Part shown: positions 11,152-21,092 of the stretch, in pieces
Layout: every line of letters starts with the position of its first letter
Position numbering within the stretch: the first letter of the stretch is position 1
NCBI GenBank assembly: GCA_016176465.1
Contig: JACOXD010000008.1
Location: forward strand, 7,680 to 71,679
DNA: 64,000 nucleotides
Source of the DNA: Candidatus Daviesbacteria bacterium
GTDB lineage: Bacteria; Patescibacteriota; Microgenomatia; Daviesbacterales; UBA10151
Reading direction: 5' to 3'
Translations under genes and position numbers: made by a program
Notes under the pieces: generated by a model
Databases searched by the model: none
The model's input: only the letters and a program-made list of their open reading frames with translations
Told to the model about the DNA's origin: nothing

Positions 11152-11802
11152 ATGCTTTATTTAGAGCACATATCTTTGAACTGGAGTAGTGGCGCTCCTG
11201 TTTTAGGGGTAAAGGATAAAATGGGTCGTCCTCTTTCTCTAAAAGTGGCAATTAAAAAAGCAGTAAATAGGGTTTATAATTATTTTTTAGATATGGAATT
11301 ATTGCTACTGCGAGTTATTGGTTTCATCCCAATTTTTTTTATAAGGAAATTTTTTTTTAAGCTTGCAGGTGTGAAAATAGGAAGTAACTCACATATCCAT
11401 ATGGGAGTTCAATTTTTTAATCCAGCTAATGTGCAGATTGGAAAAGGGACAATAATTGGAGCAAATGCCTTTTTAGATGGAAGAGCTAATCTTAAAATAG
11501 GAGACCATGTAGACATTGCATCAGATGTAATGATCTACAACAGTGAGCATGATATTAACTCAGAAGACTTCAAAGCTAAAGTAGAGGATGTTGAAATTGG
11601 TGACTATGTTTTCATTGGTCCCCGGGCAATCATTTTACCAGGTGTTAAAATAGGGAAAGGCGCAGTAGTAGCAGCGGGTGCAGTGGTTGTAAAAAATGTT
11701 GGAGAATTTTCTATAGTTGGGGGGGTGCCTGCTCATATAATTGGCGAGAGAAAACTTAAAAACCCCCAATATAAATTAGGAAGAGCTAGACTCTTTCAAT
11801 AA
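11152..11802 (+). CDS. Hexapeptide-repeat (left-handed beta-helix) O-acetyltransferase, WcaF/MAT-like
   Basis: It has tandem hexapeptide repeats (IGKGTIIGANAFLDGRANLKIGDHVDIASDVMIY...IGPRAIILPGVKIGKGAVVAAGAVV). Confidence 0.7.
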   Translation: MLYLEHISLNWSSGAPVLGVKDKMGRPLSLKVAIKKAVNRVYNYFLDMELLLLRVIGFIPIFFIRKFFFKLAGVKIGSNSHIHMGVQFFNPANVQIGKGTIIGANAFLDGRANLKIGDHVDIASDVMIYNSEHDINSEDFKAKVEDVEIGDYVFIGPRAIILPGVKIGKGAVVAAGAVVVKNVGEFSIVGGVPAHIIGERKLKNPQYKLGRARLFQ

Positions 11803-11819
11803 ACTATTAAATTTTCAAT

Positions 11820-12377
11820 ATGATTTTAAAGATCACTTTTGCTGTTTTGGCTTATCTTTTTTTAGTTTATCTATTACTACCTGGTCCAGAGAGCATTAAT
11901 GACTTTCCATCCCTGCCCAACTCCTTGAAATCAACCGAAGAAGGGGACACTATCCAAATTCCAAATATAGCTGCTTATTTTTCTTATGAATATAGAGAGA
12001 GTGTAATTCCTTACTATTTGGCTTCATATAAAAAAAACACTCTTTTTCCTTTCTATCCATTTAGACTCAATCATCCACCGGAATTTGCTTACAGCGCGAT
12101 CAAAGACCAAACTCGCAGTACTTATTTGGAAGAACTTTTTTATCCCTTTAGAGACTCCATTTTTATCAATGGGTTCGAACCCTACTATAAAGATGGGACC
12201 CCAAAATTTGAGGGGGCTACCAATATAGTTGTTGAGGATATTTTTTTTAATACTAAGACCACTCTTAGGTTTTATCCTTCAACTATTTGGGCAAGGTTAG
12301 TTGTGTGGTTAGGAATTATCACTTCAATAATTCTTCTTTGGAACATTACTAAAAAAATAGTATTTAACAAAATATGA
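11820..12377 (+). CDS. Hypothetical bitopic membrane protein
   Basis: It has one N-terminal and one C-terminal TM helix flanking a ~130-aa Y/F/P-rich domain. I recognise no motif. Confidence 0.3.
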   Translation: MILKITFAVLAYLFLVYLLLPGPESINDFPSLPNSLKSTEEGDTIQIPNIAAYFSYEYRESVIPYYLASYKKNTLFPFYPFRLNHPPEFAYSAIKDQTRSTYLEELFYPFRDSIFINGFEPYYKDGTPKFEGATNIVVEDIFFNTKTTLRFYPSTIWARLVVWLGIITSIILLWNITKKIVFNKI

Positions 12378-13795
12378 GGAATTTATTGGAGAATATTACC
12401 AAAGCGCAATTTTTACTTTTTTTATTTTTACTTATTTTTATTCCTCTTTATCCTAAATTTCCGCTTTTAAAAGTTACCGGAACGTTTGCAGCAGTAAGAT
12501 TGGAGGATATTTTTATTACCCTTGCTTTGATAATTTTTTCCATGAAAATAATTTTAGGCCACAAAGTAAAGGAATTTTTGGCAGACAAACTCATTCAAGC
12601 CTTTCTGGTTTTTTTCTTTATAGGAATAATCTCTACTTTTTCAGCAATTTTTTTAACCTTTACGGTCATACCTCATCTGGGAATTTTACACCTTCTGCGC
12701 CGGGTCGAGCTTATGCTTTTATTACCCTTGGCTTTTTATTCTATAAACTCAAGAAGTCAGTTATTTATTAGTCTGTTGATATTTTCCGGGGTTATTTTGC
12801 TTATTAATTTATATGCCATCGGCCAGCAATATTTGGGTTGGCCTGTAATTTCTACAACTAATTCTGAATTTGCCAAGGGCCAAATCCTAAGTTTAACAAA
12901 TGATGCAAGAGTTAATTCAACTTTTGCTGGACACTATGATCTGGCAATTTTCCTCTCTGGGGCTTTAGCGATCCTAACAGCTTTATTTTTTTACTTTAAA
13001 AAAATCACCTATCGGATTTGGATTTTCGTAGTTTTCGGATCATCTTTTGCAGTATTAGTGATGACTGCTGCCAGACTTTCATTTGTTGCAGCAATAATTG
13101 GAATCATAGCTTCTTTGTTTTTAATTAAAAAAAGATTATTTATTCTTCTTTTACTTTCTCTAACGCTAGTTGCCTTAGTTTATCCTTCTAAATTAAGGGA
13201 TAGATTTATTTCAACTATAGTTGTAAATATTAATCAAGGAGGTGAAAGATATCAGGGGACTGAGGATGAAAGAAGTAGGGCGAGACTTAATATCTCAACT
13301 TTACCCACCAGAACTTCTACTGATTCCTCTGAAACCGCACAGAGTAAAAGGGAACGAGGAATTCCAACTGATATTGCATTTAATGAGCCAACTGACCCCA
13401 CCCAACTGGGGGTTTTTAGATCCTTTCAAATAAGGCTAAATGCTGAGTGGCCAAAAGCCATAAGAGGATTTCTAAAAAACCCTTTACTGGGTAGTGGTTA
13501 TTCATCACTAGGTCTTGCCAGCGATAATGATTATCTTAGATCTTTAGGGGAGGTTGGCCTTCTTGGTAGTTTTGCCTTGGCGCTCATTTTATTTGAAATT
13601 ATTAAAAGGTTTAAAATACTCTTTACTTATAATGATAGATTTTTTAAATTTCTCTCCGCTGGAATGGTGGCTTTGATTCTTACTTTCTTAATTAATGCTA
13701 TATTTATAGATGTTTTTGAGGCATCGAAAATTGCATCACTTTTTTGGATGTTTTTGGGGATAGGACTTGCCGGATTGAAGCTTATACCAAAATAG
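12374..13795 (+). CDS. O-antigen ligase / Wzy_C-domain membrane protein
   Basis: It is polytopic, with a large hydrophilic loop followed by GSGYSSLGLASDNDYLRSLGEVGLLG, which is typical of the O-antigen ligase family. Confidence 0.5.
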   Translation: MRNLLENITKAQFLLFLFLLIFIPLYPKFPLLKVTGTFAAVRLEDIFITLALIIFSMKIILGHKVKEFLADKLIQAFLVFFFIGIISTFSAIFLTFTVIPHLGILHLLRRVELMLLLPLAFYSINSRSQLFISLLIFSGVILLINLYAIGQQYLGWPVISTTNSEFAKGQILSLTNDARVNSTFAGHYDLAIFLSGALAILTALFFYFKKITYRIWIFVVFGSSFAVLVMTAARLSFVAAIIGIIASLFLIKKRLFILLLLSLTLVALVYPSKLRDRFISTIVVNINQGGERYQGTEDERSRARLNISTLPTRTSTDSSETAQSKRERGIPTDIAFNEPTDPTQLGVFRSFQIRLNAEWPKAIRGFLKNPLLGSGYSSLGLASDNDYLRSLGEVGLLGSFALALILFEIIKRFKILFTYNDRFFKFLSAGMVALILTFLINAIFIDVFEASKIASLFWMFLGIGLAGLKLIPK

Positions 13796-13808
13796 AGTTT
13801 ATACCTTA

Positions 13809-14555
13809 ATGTTTAAAATCAAAAATCCATTTATAGTTTTGAGAAATTTTTTTAAAAGATATATCAACAAAAAATATCCAAGTTGGGATATAACCATTGC
13901 TTTGCGCTACTTTCCTATTGTTTCGGATCTAAAAAAGATCTATCAAGATGGGGAAAAGATTTTGGAAGTAGGTTCTGAGATTTCTGGTATCACGCCCTAT
14001 CTTAAAAAAAAAGTTTATGGAGTTGACATTAATTTTGATTACAGCAAACAAAACAAATACTTAAAACCCATCAAAGCATCTGCTATCAACCTTCCTTTTA
14101 AAAATAACTCAATAGAATATATTTTATCTGTTGATATGTTGGAACATCTAAATCCAAAATTAAGGATTAAGGCAATAAAAGAGATGCTAAGAGTTGCCAA
14201 AAAGAAAATCTTTCTTTCGTTTCCTACTGGATTGCACTCAGAAAAAGTAGATCTTGATCTTTATTTGTATTTTAAAAAAATAGGATTTGATTATCCTTAT
14301 TTAATGGAGCATATAAACTTAGGATTGCCTAACTTTGATGAGATTGTAGACTTTATAAGATTGCATAAAAATATTAAACTTAAGGTAAAAGGAAATACAA
14401 ATATATTTATTTGGAAAAATCTATTGAAATTAGGGATGTCTAATCATCGTTTTAAATCAAGTCTGTATAAAAGATTCCTAATTTTATTTCCCATTTTACG
14501 CCATTTAAACTTTCATCCAACTTATCGTAAACTTTTTATTTTGGAGTTATTGTGA
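13809..14555 (+). CDS. Class I SAM-dependent methyltransferase
   Basis: It has motif I (ILEVGSEISGITPYL) and the post-I/II motifs YGVDIN...VDMLEHL. It is a paralog of the ORF at 54186. Confidence 0.55.
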   Translation: MFKIKNPFIVLRNFFKRYINKKYPSWDITIALRYFPIVSDLKKIYQDGEKILEVGSEISGITPYLKKKVYGVDINFDYSKQNKYLKPIKASAINLPFKNNSIEYILSVDMLEHLNPKLRIKAIKEMLRVAKKKIFLSFPTGLHSEKVDLDLYLYFKKIGFDYPYLMEHINLGLPNFDEIVDFIRLHKNIKLKVKGNTNIFIWKNLLKLGMSNHRFKSSLYKRFLILFPILRHLNFHPTYRKLFILELL

Positions 14556-16009
14556 AATTTTTTAAGCTTGAATTTTTTTTACTTATTCTTATAGTTTTAC
14601 TAGGCTTTTATTTAAGGCTTTATAAAATTGATAATCCTATTGCTGACTGGCACTCTTGGAGACAAGCTGATACAGCAGCTGTAGCTAGAAATTTTTTTAA
14701 GGAGGGTTTTAATCCGTTTTTACCTAAATATGATGATATGTCAGGCGTTGCGGAAAAACCTTACCCTAACCCTAATCGATTTAGATTTGTAGAATTTCCA
14801 ATTTATCCCAGTTTAATTTATTTGGGGTATTTAATTAATGGAGGAGTAGATGAAAAAATTGCTAGATTTGTCTCAATACTTTTTTCTTTGGGTTCAATCG
14901 TTTTTTTGTACTTAATTACCAAAAGGTATTTAGATAAATTTAGTGCTTATCTAGCCGCAATACTTTTTGCCATTACTCCTTTTGTGGTCTTTTTTTCCAG
15001 AGCGATTTTACCTGAATCATCCCTACTATTTTTTTGTTTGGGCATGGTTTATTTTACAGATCGGTGGATTTATGAAGATAAACGCAACCTATTACTTTTA
15101 AGCATTTTTTTTACTTCCGCTGCTTTCTTAACCAAGCCAATGGCCATTTTTTATCTGATACCTTTATTTTTCTTAATCTATAAAAAAGAAGGCAAACTTA
15201 ACTTTAATCCAACTCGTTATTTAGTTTGGATTATTCCTTCCTTGTTGCCACTACTTGCTTGGAGATTGTGGATTAGTCAGCATCCAGAAGGTATACCAGC
15301 CTCCAACTGGTTGCTTAACGGAGCTGATTCAAGCGGAAAAACTATCAGATTTAGACCTGCTTTTTGGAGATGGATTATCTCTGATCGGTTAAGTAGAGAA
15401 ATATTATCTCCCATTGGTTTAGGTGTTTTTCTTTTAGGAATTTTGACTAAATCTTCTTTAAGAAATACTTTTTTATATATTTTAGCTACCTTCAGTTTTT
15501 TATATTTAATTATTTTTGCCAGAGGAAATGTGCAACACGATTATTATCAGTACTTAATTACCCCCGCTTTAATAATCTTTTCTGCAAAAGGTTTTGGTCT
15601 TTTGTTCAAAGGAGCACCTTTTTTAATTCCCCGGTTAATATCAATTCCAATTGGTCTATCCTTGTTTTTCTTGATGATTTATTTAAGTTGGGTAGAAGTA
15701 AAAGGTTTATATCAAATAAACAATCCTGTAATTGTAGAAACTGGAAAATTTGCAGATAAAATATTACCAAAAGAGGCAATTGTGGTAGCCCCCTATAATG
15801 GGGATAGCGCATTTTTATATCAAGTTAACAGACCCGGCTGGCCCAATTTATCTTTCCCAATTGAGGATTTAATTAAAAATTATGGCGTAACTCATTATAT
15901 TTCAACAACCAGAGATGAAAATACTGTTAAGATTATGCAAAAATATAAAGTCTTAGAGGATAATCCTAAGTTTGTAATTGTAGATGTCCGATATGAGGAT
16001 CTTAAATAG
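14552..16009 (+). CDS. GT39/PMT_2-like membrane glycosyltransferase
   Basis: It has a GTG start. Its N-terminal loop (DWHSWRQADTAAVARNF) resembles ArnT/PMT_2. It is polytopic with a C-terminal soluble domain. Confidence 0.55.
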   Translation: MKFFKLEFFLLILIVLLGFYLRLYKIDNPIADWHSWRQADTAAVARNFFKEGFNPFLPKYDDMSGVAEKPYPNPNRFRFVEFPIYPSLIYLGYLINGGVDEKIARFVSILFSLGSIVFLYLITKRYLDKFSAYLAAILFAITPFVVFFSRAILPESSLLFFCLGMVYFTDRWIYEDKRNLLLLSIFFTSAAFLTKPMAIFYLIPLFFLIYKKEGKLNFNPTRYLVWIIPSLLPLLAWRLWISQHPEGIPASNWLLNGADSSGKTIRFRPAFWRWIISDRLSREILSPIGLGVFLLGILTKSSLRNTFLYILATFSFLYLIIFARGNVQHDYYQYLITPALIIFSAKGFGLLFKGAPFLIPRLISIPIGLSLFFLMIYLSWVEVKGLYQINNPVIVETGKFADKILPKEAIVVAPYNGDSAFLYQVNRPGWPNLSFPIEDLIKNYGVTHYISTTRDENTVKIMQKYKVLEDNPKFVIVDVRYEDLK

Positions 16010-17197
16010 ATGAAAATCCTAATGCTTACTCCCTACCTGCCTTTTCCTTTATTAACTGGTGGTCAAACCCGTTCATTCAACTTAATAAAAAGACTTTCCA
16101 GTTTAGGTCACGAAATTACTCTATTTTGTTTGGTAAAAAACGCTGAGGAAAAAAATTATGTAAATGAATTAGAAAAGTACTGCCAAGAAGTTAAAATTTT
16201 CAGAAGACCAGAAAAACCCTGGACTATTGGTAATATTTTAGGAACAGGCCTAAGTTTTTTTCCTTTTTTAGTGATTAGAAATTGGGCTGATGGAGAAAAA
16301 AAAGCAATAGAGGAAAAATTAAAAAAAGAAAAATTTGATTTAATTCATGCCGAAACTTTTTATGTCATGCCTCATATTCCAAAGACTACTATCCCGATTC
16401 TTTTAGTGGAACAAACTATAGAATATCTAGTCTATCGGCATTTTGCTGAAGATTTTAAATATTTTTTCCTTAAACCGCTACTTTTACTTGATGTTTCTAA
16501 AATGAAATATTGGGAATTAAAATATTGGAGTATTGCATCTTTAGTTGCTGCTATGTCTTTGGATGATAAGAAGATAATGTTGTCTCAAAATCCTAATCTC
16601 AAGGTTGATATTGTACCAAATGGAGTAGATAGTAAATACTTTTCAAAAAAAGTTACAGATAGATCAAGTGATCCAATAATTTTATATGTAGGAAATTTTA
16701 CTTGGTTACAAAATAGAGAGGCGGTGCAAGTTTTAGTAAATGATGTCTGGCCTCTTATTAAAGAAAAACTTTCCAAGGCTAAACTTTGGATTGTGGGAAA
16801 ATCAGCCAAAAATTTTTTCCCAAATATAGAAAGTGAAAGTATAAAAGTAGAAGAGGTTAAAGATATTAGAGAGGCTTATCAAAAGGCAACTTTACTCGTG
16901 GCGCCTATTTATGGTGGTGGAGGAACACGATATAAAAATTTTGAGGCCTTTGCCTCAGGGTTACCTGTTGTTACTACCTCAATTGGAATAAGAGGAACAG
17001 ATGCACATGATGGTAAGGAAGTAGTTATTAGAGATTCACCGAAAGATATAGCTAAAGCTGTTGTTGCTTTAATAAATGATAAAAAATTATACGGTCATAT
17101 TGCCCAAAATGCCAGGAGGATGGTTTCGCAAATGTATGATTGGAATCCAATTGCTTTAAGGTTAAGTAATATCTATAAAGAGCTGGGTAGAAGCTAA
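16010..17197 (+). CDS. Glycosyltransferase family 4
   Basis: It has GT-B architecture: an N-terminal MKILMLTPYLPFPLLTGGQTR and a C-terminal Rossmann half. Confidence 0.65.
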   Translation: MKILMLTPYLPFPLLTGGQTRSFNLIKRLSSLGHEITLFCLVKNAEEKNYVNELEKYCQEVKIFRRPEKPWTIGNILGTGLSFFPFLVIRNWADGEKKAIEEKLKKEKFDLIHAETFYVMPHIPKTTIPILLVEQTIEYLVYRHFAEDFKYFFLKPLLLLDVSKMKYWELKYWSIASLVAAMSLDDKKIMLSQNPNLKVDIVPNGVDSKYFSKKVTDRSSDPIILYVGNFTWLQNREAVQVLVNDVWPLIKEKLSKAKLWIVGKSAKNFFPNIESESIKVEEVKDIREAYQKATLLVAPIYGGGGTRYKNFEAFASGLPVVTTSIGIRGTDAHDGKEVVIRDSPKDIAKAVVALINDKKLYGHIAQNARRMVSQMYDWNPIALRLSNIYKELGRS

Positions 17198-17198
17198 A

Positions 17199-18314
17199 AT
17201 GAGAATTGGAATAGATGCCAGGTTGTATTCGCAGTCAGGAGTTGGGCGTTATATCAGAAATTTGTTATCTAATCTACAAAAACTAGATAACAAAAATGAC
17301 TATTTTATTTTCCACTTAATGAAAGATTCTAAAAAATTAGTGTATCATAACAATTTTAAAAAAATTGTTGCAGACTTTAGGTGGTATTCTTTAGTAGAAC
17401 AAATTAAGTTTCCCCCGCTTTTAAATAAATATAATCTGGATTTAGTACATTTTCCTCACTTTAACGTGCCATTTTTTTACAAGGGCAAATTTGTAGTCAC
17501 AATTCATGATTTAATTCATCAGCATTTTGCAATGAAGCGAGCAACTGCCCATGATCCAATAATTTTTAGAATCAAACAATTTGGTTATAAAAAAGTATTT
17601 TCCCACGCAGTTTTAAAAAGTGAAAAAATTATTGCAGTTTCCAATTTTATAAAAAGTCAATTAATAAGTGAATGGAATATTTCAAAAGAAAGGATTGAAG
17701 TAACTCCTGAAGCAGTTGCAGACCAGATCCTCACCGCTATGAAGAAATGGAATTTAAGCAAATCACAAACTGTTTTAAACAGATTTAACATAAGGCCTCC
17801 TTTCATCTTTTATATTGGAAATGCCCATCCTCATAAAAATGTAGAGGGACTTATAAAAGCCTTTCAAGAACTTAAGAAAAAAAATAATAACTTACAACTT
17901 GTTTTATCTGGCAGTGATCACTACTTCTGGCAGAGAATAAAAAAAGAATTTAAAAATAATGGAATAATTTACACTGGGTCTATAAACGATGAAGAGTTGG
18001 TTGCACTTTATAAAAGTGCAAAAACTTTTGTAATGCCATCTTTTGAGGAAGGATTTGGAATTCCAATACTTGAGGCTTTTGCATGCTCTTGTCCAGTAAT
18101 ATCCTCTAATGCTGGATCTCTTACTGAGGTTGGAGGAGATGCTTGTCTTTATTTTGATCCAAAAAATCAGGAAGATATGGTAGATAAGATTAGCCAGCCT
18201 CTACATGATGAGAATCTAGTAAAAAAGTTAATAGAAAAAGGGAAGAAAAGAGTAAAACAATTTAGCTTTGAAAAATTAGCAAAAAAAACTTTAGAGATTT
18301 ATAATTCAGTTTAA
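17199..18314 (+). CDS. Glycosyltransferase family 4
   Basis: It carries the signature EGFGIPILEAFACSCPVISSNAGSLTEVGGDACLYFDP. Confidence 0.75.
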   Translation: MRIGIDARLYSQSGVGRYIRNLLSNLQKLDNKNDYFIFHLMKDSKKLVYHNNFKKIVADFRWYSLVEQIKFPPLLNKYNLDLVHFPHFNVPFFYKGKFVVTIHDLIHQHFAMKRATAHDPIIFRIKQFGYKKVFSHAVLKSEKIIAVSNFIKSQLISEWNISKERIEVTPEAVADQILTAMKKWNLSKSQTVLNRFNIRPPFIFYIGNAHPHKNVEGLIKAFQELKKKNNNLQLVLSGSDHYFWQRIKKEFKNNGIIYTGSINDEELVALYKSAKTFVMPSFEEGFGIPILEAFACSCPVISSNAGSLTEVGGDACLYFDPKNQEDMVDKISQPLHDENLVKKLIEKGKKRVKQFSFEKLAKKTLEIYNSV

Positions 18315-19198
18315 ATTTTTTCTGCTGCTCTTAATTTGCCACTTCTGGAGCGAGGGTTAAGGTCAATCTCTTCAATTTCCGGGGTAAGAGGTTTATCAGT
18401 TAATATTTTTAAATTCCCTCTATCTTCCTCCTCATCAAAAAATTTTTTGACAATTCTATCCTCAAGGGAATGAAAACTGATTACTACCAATCTACCCCTT
18501 TGTTCTAAAACCTCAAGTGCTTGAGGTAAAGTTTCTTTTAAACTGTTTAGTTCATCATTAACAGCAATTCGCAGTGCTTGGAAAACCCTTGTTGCTGGAT
18601 GAGTTCTATCAGTTCTAAGCCTTGGCCGAACAGAAGTAATAATTTGAGCCAATTGATTTGTGTCTTCAATTTTTTTAAATCTTCTTGCCTCAACAATCCT
18701 TTCGGCAATTCTTTTGGCGAATCGCTCCTCCCCTAATTTCCAAAAAAGTTCTAAAAGTTCCGTTTCATTTAACCCGTTTATCAAATCAGCAGCTGTTGCT
18801 TGCTGCGCACTCTGATCCATTCTCATATCCAGCGGCCCATCAGAATTAAAACTAAAACCCCGATTAGGAGTTTCCAGCTGATGGGAAGAAACTCCTAAAT
18901 CAAACAAAATTCCGGAAATTGGTTTTTTATCTAACCTCTTAACAATCTCTTTCAAATGAGAGAAATTATCTTGAATTAAAATGAGTTTTTTAGTATCTAT
19001 GTACTCCTTTAAACTTTTAGATACTTCATTAATTGCATCTTTGTCCAAATCTATCCCCACTACGCTTCCTCCTTTATCTAGTATTCCTTTAGTATGTCCT
19101 CCACCCCCTAAATTACAATCTATATACCAACTTTTCTTTTTAATATCCAAAAGTTGCAAAACCTCATCTACCATTACCGAAATATGAAAGTCGCTCAT
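18311..19198 (-). CDS. rsmH: 16S rRNA (cytosine1402-N4)-methyltransferase RsmH/MraW
   Basis: The protein MSDFHISVMVDEVLQLL...DCNLGGGGH...DLGVSSHQL...RIVVISFHSLEDRIVK is RsmH. The track ORF extends to 19363, but the RsmH-like sequence begins at the ATG at 19198. Confidence 0.85.
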   Translation of the reverse strand: MSDFHISVMVDEVLQLLDIKKKSWYIDCNLGGGGHTKGILDKGGSVVGIDLDKDAINEVSKSLKEYIDTKKLILIQDNFSHLKEIVKRLDKKPISGILFDLGVSSHQLETPNRGFSFNSDGPLDMRMDQSAQQATAADLINGLNETELLELFWKLGEERFAKRIAERIVEARRFKKIEDTNQLAQIITSVRPRLRTDRTHPATRVFQALRIAVNDELNSLKETLPQALEVLEQRGRLVVISFHSLEDRIVKKFFDEEEDRGNLKILTDKPLTPEIEEIDLNPRSRSGKLRAAEKI

Positions 19199-19218
19199 CC
19201 AGTGTATTATATTATATT

Positions 19219-20343
19219 TTGGTAGAATTAGATGAAATGAAAGTTGCGCTAGTTCATGATGACTTAGTTCAATGGGGGGGAGCGGAGAGAGTATTATTGG
19301 GTCTTTGTGAGATATTCGAAGATGCTCCAATTTATACCTCAGTTGTTGATTTTTCTCATCCAATTTTAAACAAAAAATTTAAAAATAAAAAAATACTTAC
19401 TTCCTTTATTCAAAAAATTCCTTATTGGAAAAATTTTTATAAATCCTTTTTGCCACTATATCCAATAGCATTTGAACAGTTTGATTTTTCAAAGTATGAT
19501 TGCGTAATTTCCAACACTACCCGCTTTGCTAAAGTAATAATAAGCAAACCTCAAACTATTCATATAAGTTATTGTCACACCCCTCCTAGATTTTTATGGA
19601 ATTTTTCTGAAGATAAGCAAAGCTTTCTTTCAGATAAGCAAAGCTTCTCTGCGAGTAAAAGCCTTCAATTTTTTCCATCATATCTTCATTTTCTAAAAAA
19701 ATATGATCAAATAAGTGCAAATAGAGTTGATTATTTTGTAGCAGGTTCAAAAAACGCCTCTTTAAGGATTAAAGATATTTATAAAAAGGACTCTGATGTT
19801 ATTGTTCCATTTGTCGATGATAAATTTTTTAATTCTGGGGAAAACTTTGAGGGAGATTATTATTTAATTGTTTCTAGATTAAATAAATATAAAAAAGTTG
19901 ACTTAGCAGTAGATGTATTTAATGATTTGGGTAAAAGATTAATTATTGTTGGCAGTGGACCAATGCTAAGTTTGCTTAAAAACAAAGCAAACTCAAATAT
20001 TGAATTTATTGAAAATATAACTGATGAGTTTTTAATAAAACTCTTATCAGGTACTAAGGCATTACTCATTTTAGGTGAAGAAGATTTTGGACTGAGTTCT
20101 TTGGAATCCCAAGCAATGGGAAAGCCGGTAATAGCTTTCCAAAAAGGAGGAGTATTGGAAACGGTTATAGATTCCCAAACAGGTCTTTTTTTCAGGGAAC
20201 AAACGAAAACTTCCCTAAAAGAAGCTATTCAAAAATTTGAATCTTTAGAGTTTGATAAAGAAAAATGTATAAAGAATGCATCTAAATTTTCTTTTGAAAA
20301 TTTTAAAAGTCAATTTTTAGAAATAGTATTAAAATTGACTTAA
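19219..20343 (+). CDS. Glycosyltransferase family 4-like
   Basis: The N-terminus MKVALVHDDLVQWGGAERV is GT4-like; an alternative start lies at 19237. A C-terminal E-x7-E-like segment (GEEDFGLSSLESQAMGKPVI) is present. The gene is divergent from rsmH. Confidence 0.55.
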   Translation: MVELDEMKVALVHDDLVQWGGAERVLLGLCEIFEDAPIYTSVVDFSHPILNKKFKNKKILTSFIQKIPYWKNFYKSFLPLYPIAFEQFDFSKYDCVISNTTRFAKVIISKPQTIHISYCHTPPRFLWNFSEDKQSFLSDKQSFSASKSLQFFPSYLHFLKKYDQISANRVDYFVAGSKNASLRIKDIYKKDSDVIVPFVDDKFFNSGENFEGDYYLIVSRLNKYKKVDLAVDVFNDLGKRLIIVGSGPMLSLLKNKANSNIEFIENITDEFLIKLLSGTKALLILGEEDFGLSSLESQAMGKPVIAFQKGGVLETVIDSQTGLFFREQTKTSLKEAIQKFESLEFDKEKCIKNASKFSFENFKSQFLEIVLKLT

Positions 20344-20371
20344 ACTTTAAATTTAGCTGATAATAATCATT

Positions 20372-21001
20372 ATGTTTTATGACGCTCTAAAAAGATTAGT
20401 GGATCTTTTCGGCTCAACTTTAGCAATCACAATTTTATCTCCAATTTTTCTAGTTACCGCAATTGCTATAAAGCTTGACTCAAAAGGCCCCATTTTTGCC
20501 GATACTCCAATGAGAGTTGGAAGGAGTGGAGGGCTTTTTAAAATGTATAAATTTAGATCAATGGTAATAAATGCTCAAGATATTTTAATAAAAAACCCAA
20601 AGTTAATGGAGGAGTATAAAAAAAACAGCTATAAAATTCAAAATGATCCAAGAATTACTCAAGTTGGAAAGATTATTAGAAAATACTCAATAGATGAATT
20701 TCCTCAGTTTATTAATATACTAAGGGGAGAGATGAGCATCGTTGGCCCAAGAGCTTATTACCCTTTTGAGCTGGAAGAACAACAAGAAAAATACCCAAAT
20801 TCCAGAGAATTTGTTAAAATAATTTTATCAGCAAAACCAGGTTTAACAGGTATTTGGCAAGTATCCGGTAGATCTAATATAAACTTTGATAAGAGGGTAG
20901 AAATGGATGCCAAATACGTTCGCAAAAGATCTATTTTTTATGATATTTATCTCATTTTTAAAACTATTCCTGCAGTTTTGAGTGGAAGTGGCGCTATATA
21001 G
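20372..21001 (+). CDS. Small monotopic phosphoglycosyltransferase (bacterial sugar transferase, PglC/WbaP C-terminal-domain type)
   Basis: It has the motifs YKFRSM and DEFPQFINILRGEMSIVGPRA, and one N-terminal re-entrant helix. Confidence 0.8.
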   Translation: MFYDALKRLVDLFGSTLAITILSPIFLVTAIAIKLDSKGPIFADTPMRVGRSGGLFKMYKFRSMVINAQDILIKNPKLMEEYKKNSYKIQNDPRITQVGKIIRKYSIDEFPQFINILRGEMSIVGPRAYYPFELEEQQEKYPNSREFVKIILSAKPGLTGIWQVSGRSNINFDKRVEMDAKYVRKRSIFYDIYLIFKTIPAVLSGSGAI

Positions 21002-21092
21002 TTTTGGCATTTTCGCACCAAGCAGGTTCTGAGAGCTGGGTAAGAGTAGCGAAAAGCCAGTGCCACCTTTAAGCTATTATAGGGAGGATTAA

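Noticed and set aside
13242-13433. 63-aa alternative-frame ORF inside the O-antigen ligase-like gene.
   Set aside because: It is embedded in the hydrophilic loop region of a well-supported CDS, and there is no evidence of independent function.
19199-19363. N-terminal 55-aa extension of the rsmH track ORF.
   Set aside because: RsmH homology starts at MSDFHISV (ATG at 19198). The extension would overlap the divergent GT4 gene start.
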